A DNA stretch of 64,000 nt from Myxococcota bacterium (GTDB taxonomy: Bacteria > Myxococcota_A > SURF-8 > G963663525), in NCBI GenBank assembly GCA_963676915.2, contig CAXXVK010000072.1, positions 160,001-224,000 of the forward strand, written 5' to 3'. How positions within the stretch are numbered: position 1 is the first letter of the stretch; each line of letters starts with the position of its first letter. Position numbers and translations under genes: made by a program. Shown here in pieces: positions 60,926 to 64,000 of the stretch. The notes below the pieces were generated by a model. That model was not told the origin of the DNA and ran no database searches. It worked only from the letters and a program-made list of their open reading frames with translations.

Positions 60926-62728
60926 ATGCCACAGGATAATGTTAGAAATTTCAGTATCATCGCCCATATTGATCACGGCAAATCCACGCTGGCCGATCGC
61001 CTGTTGGAACTGACCGGAACGGTGCAGGGTCGCGAGATGCGCGAGCAGTTTCTCGATAAAATGGATATTGAACGGGAACGCGGCATCACGATCAAATCCC
61101 AGGCCGTTCGTTTGCCCTACAAGGCTAGCGACGGTCAGACCTACATCCTCAATTTGATCGACACCCCTGGCCATGTGGATTTCTCGTACGAAGTTTCCCG
61201 TTCGCTCAAAGCCTGCGATGGTGCCCTTTTGGTGGTGGATTCCACCCAGGGCGTCGAGGCTCAGACTTTGGCCAATGCATATCTCGCCGTAGATGCCGGA
61301 TTGGAAATCATTCCTGTAATCAACAAGATAGATCTTCCTTCCGCCGATGTGGAGCGTGTCAAAGACGAAATCGAGGATGTCGTGGGCATCGATGCTTCCG
61401 ACGCCGTGCCGATCAGTGCCAAAACCGGCAAGAATGTCGAACAGGTATTGGAGCAGATCGTTCATCTCATTCCGTCGCCGGAAGGCGATGCCGAGAAACC
61501 GCTGAGAGCGCTGATTTTCGACTCCTGGTACGATTCCTATCTTGGTGTGGTTGCGTTGATCCGAATTTTTGACGGTCAGGTCAAGCGAGGCGACCGAATT
61601 CGAATGATGGGAACGAACGCCCGATTCGAAACGGTCAGGGTAGGGCTGTTTACTCCCGAAATGACAGAGTCCAAAAACCTGGTGGCCGGTGACGTAGGAT
61701 TCATCACGGCGGCGATCAAGCAGATCGGCGATTGTCGAGTAGGCGACACGATCACGCTCGACGAGACGCCTTGCGAAGCTCCGATGTCGGGATTCAAAGA
61801 GGTTAAACCGATGGTGTTCGCCGGATTGTATCCGGTGGAAGCCGCCCAATATCAGCCGCTGAAAGATGCGCTCGAAAAACTCAAGCTCAACGATTATTCC
61901 CTTACCTACGAGCCGGAAAGTTCCCAGGCGCTAGGGTTTGGCTATCGTGCCGGTTTTCTTGGGCTTTTGCACATGGAAATCATCCAAGAACGCCTGGAGC
62001 GGGAATACAACCTCGACCTGATCGTTACGTCACCTACCGTTATCTATCGCGTGAATCCGGTAAAGGGCGAGCCGTTTTTCATCGACAATCCAGCCGCATT
62101 GCCGGACCCGCAGGCGTTTTCTTCCATCGAAGAACCGTTGATCGATGCCAACATTCACGCGCCGGCCGAGTATGTCGGAGCGATTCTGAAACTTTGCGAA
62201 TCACGCCGAGGTATTCAACAGGAAATGGGCTATGCTGGCGAAAATCGGGTGCTGATCCGTTATTCGTTACCGTTGGCGGAAGTGATCCTGGATTTTTACG
62301 ACCGACTGAAAACCGTTTCACGGGGATACGCCAGTTTGGATTACGATTTCCGTGAATACAGCCCCGATGACCTTGTGAAAATCGACATTCTGGTCAACGG
62401 TGATCCGGTGGATGCACTATCGATCATCACCCATCGCAGTGCTTCCCGCGAGCGGGGTTTGTTGCTGTGTCAGAAATTGAAGCAGATCATTCCGAGGCAG
62501 CAATTCGAAGTGGCGATTCAGGCGGCGTTGGGAACGAAAGTCATTGCCCGCACGACCGTCAAAGCCTACCGAAAAAACGTGACGGCCAAATGCTACGGTG
62601 GTGATATCTCTCGTAAGCGAAAGCTGCTCGAAAAGCAAAAAGCGGGTAAAAAACGCATGAAACAGGTCGGAAACATCGAAATTCCGCAAGATGCGTTCCT
62701 GGCGGTGCTGAAAATCAACGACGATTGA
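60926..62728 (+). CDS. lepA: Elongation factor 4
   Basis: [44 protein letters not shown]. Confidence 0.98.
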   Translation: MPQDNVRNFSIIAHIDHGKSTLADRLLELTGTVQGREMREQFLDKMDIERERGITIKSQAVRLPYKASDGQTYILNLIDTPGHVDFSYEVSRSLKACDGALLVVDSTQGVEAQTLANAYLAVDAGLEIIPVINKIDLPSADVERVKDEIEDVVGIDASDAVPISAKTGKNVEQVLEQIVHLIPSPEGDAEKPLRALIFDSWYDSYLGVVALIRIFDGQVKRGDRIRMMGTNARFETVRVGLFTPEMTESKNLVAGDVGFITAAIKQIGDCRVGDTITLDETPCEAPMSGFKEVKPMVFAGLYPVEAAQYQPLKDALEKLKLNDYSLTYEPESSQALGFGYRAGFLGLLHMEIIQERLEREYNLDLIVTSPTVIYRVNPVKGEPFFIDNPAALPDPQAFSSIEEPLIDANIHAPAEYVGAILKLCESRRGIQQEMGYAGENRVLIRYSLPLAEVILDFYDRLKTVSRGYASLDYDFREYSPDDLVKIDILVNGDPVDALSIITHRSASRERGLLLCQKLKQIIPRQQFEVAIQAALGTKVIARTTVKAYRKNVTAKCYGGDISRKRKLLEKQKAGKKRMKQVGNIEIPQDAFLAVLKINDD

Positions 62729-62746
62729 ACAGTTTCTATCAAGGAA

Positions 62747-63700
62747 ATGGGAGTGTCGGACGTTATGAATGATACGACAAGTTTGCTCCGGCAAATGAAA
62801 ATCGCACTCCTGTTTTTGGTGTTGGGAATTTGCCTCGGTTGTTCGGAGGATTCCACGGAACCTCGAACCATGACCGATGAGGATCTCGTGGAAACCGGCG
62901 ATCAAGACTCCGAAGACATGGAAGAAAACGCCGAAAGCGTCGTCGATGCATTCGGGCTGACCTGGATTCGTCTTCCTGCCGGAGAATACGACATGGGATG
63001 CAGTCTCGGGGATGAAACCTGCGACGATGTGGAAAAACCGCGTCACCATGTAAATCTCGAAGGGTTTTCTATTACCCAAACGGAAATCACTCAGGGACAG
63101 TTTGTGGCGTTTTTGAACGATCATGGTAACGATTGCATCGAAAGCGAATGCATCGTGGCCGATCATCCAAGTCTCTCCTGGAATGAATCCGAGAAAGTAT
63201 GGCGCGTTGAAGACGGTTTTGAGCACTATCCTCAAGCCGAAGTCAGTTGGTATGGTGCGAAAGCGTTTTGCGAATGGGTTGGTGGTCGTTTGCCGTCCGA
63301 AGCGGAATGGGAATATGCCGCCAGAGGAGGGACGACGACGAAATACTATTGCGGCGACGATGCCTCCTGCCTGGATGACATCGCCTGGTACTGGGACAAT
63401 AGCGAGAACGGAACTCATCCTGTCGCACAAAAAGATCCAAATGCTTTCGATCTTTACGACATGAGCGGTAATGTTTGGGAATGGGTGGAGGATTGCTTTC
63501 ACGATAATTACGAAAATGCTCCGGAAAACGGTCAGGTTTGGGAAGACGGCAATTGTCTGATGCGTGTTTTGCGCGGAGGCTCCTGGGATGAGGACGGCGG
63601 TACCGAATGGACGCTACGGGTCTCTCGCCGGGGGAGTTATTTTCCAACCGCCCCGGATGACGATGGCGGGTTTCGTTGTGTAAGCTCTGTAGCTGAATAG
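62747..63700 (+). CDS. FGE-sulfatase (SUMF1) domain lipoprotein
   Basis: Lipobox CLGC, RLPSEAEWEYAARGG, DMSGNVWEW, RGGSW, GFRC; start may be 62765 or 62795. Confidence 0.88.
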   Translation: MGVSDVMNDTTSLLRQMKIALLFLVLGICLGCSEDSTEPRTMTDEDLVETGDQDSEDMEENAESVVDAFGLTWIRLPAGEYDMGCSLGDETCDDVEKPRHHVNLEGFSITQTEITQGQFVAFLNDHGNDCIESECIVADHPSLSWNESEKVWRVEDGFEHYPQAEVSWYGAKAFCEWVGGRLPSEAEWEYAARGGTTTKYYCGDDASCLDDIAWYWDNSENGTHPVAQKDPNAFDLYDMSGNVWEWVEDCFHDNYENAPENGQVWEDGNCLMRVLRGGSWDEDGGTEWTLRVSRRGSYFPTAPDDDGGFRCVSSVAE

Positions 63701-63897
63701 CTTTTTCACGTTTTATTGAGGGGTCAAAGGCGTATGGAATAACGCCTTTGGATCGTCGAATGCCGGAATAGCGGTATTCTTCATGAAGCCGTTTTTCTAT
63801 GTTCAATTCAATTCCATTATAGTGCGATTTTTTGTAAGTTTGATGGTACGTTCCATTGGCGTATTGCCAAACAGGCTCCAACGAAAAAGAAAGAACC

Positions 63898-64000
63898 ATG
63901 AAATTATTGTTCTCGACTATGATTTTTGGCTTGTTTTTGTTTGTATTTGCAACAGGATGCGACGAAAGCACAGGTTCCTCGGTTTCGAATGGAGACGAGG
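63898..64000 (+). CDS. Lipoprotein N-terminus, truncated by window edge
   Basis: MKLLFSTMIFGLFLFVFATGCDESTGSSVSNGDE. Confidence 0.6.
   Translation, partial: MKLLFSTMIFGLFLFVFATGCDESTGSSVSNGDE

Overview
Bacterial genomic window. The gene content (rpoN/PTS cluster, TolC/HlyD, many lipoproteins with acidic linkers, a glycyl radical enzyme) suggests a diderm, probably anaerobic, Deltaproteobacteria/Myxococcota-like organism; this is inference. In order, it holds: envelope genes (UPF0104 protein, DUF6044-like protein, galU); a lipoprotein with degenerate PEP-synthase/PPDK-like domains; an AT-richer stressosome locus (two RsbR, RsbS, RsbT, an RsbT/RsbX fusion) followed by a four-gene phosphorelay; an operon of Cthe_2159-type lipoprotein, DUF4956, HlyD, TolC and a VTC-type polyphosphate polymerase with no recognisable inner-membrane pump; msrBA; several large surface lipoproteins; an indel-rich stretch at about 34.4-40.5 kb that is probably assembly error; rpoN-ptsN-rapZ-(EIIA-Man/HPr)-ptsI; slyD; a hybrid kinase; a TetR-led operon with an unassigned glycyl radical enzyme (no activase in the window), SDR, acetoacetate-decarboxylase-family protein, atypical acyl-CoA dehydrogenase and two transporters; and lepA. 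The two best candidates for an undescribed system are the VTC/DUF4956/HlyD/TolC operon (possible polyphosphate synthesis and export machine) and the glycyl-radical catabolic operon. No rRNA, tRNA, CRISPR array or mobile element was recognised. All family calls come from motif recognition by eye; no searches were run.
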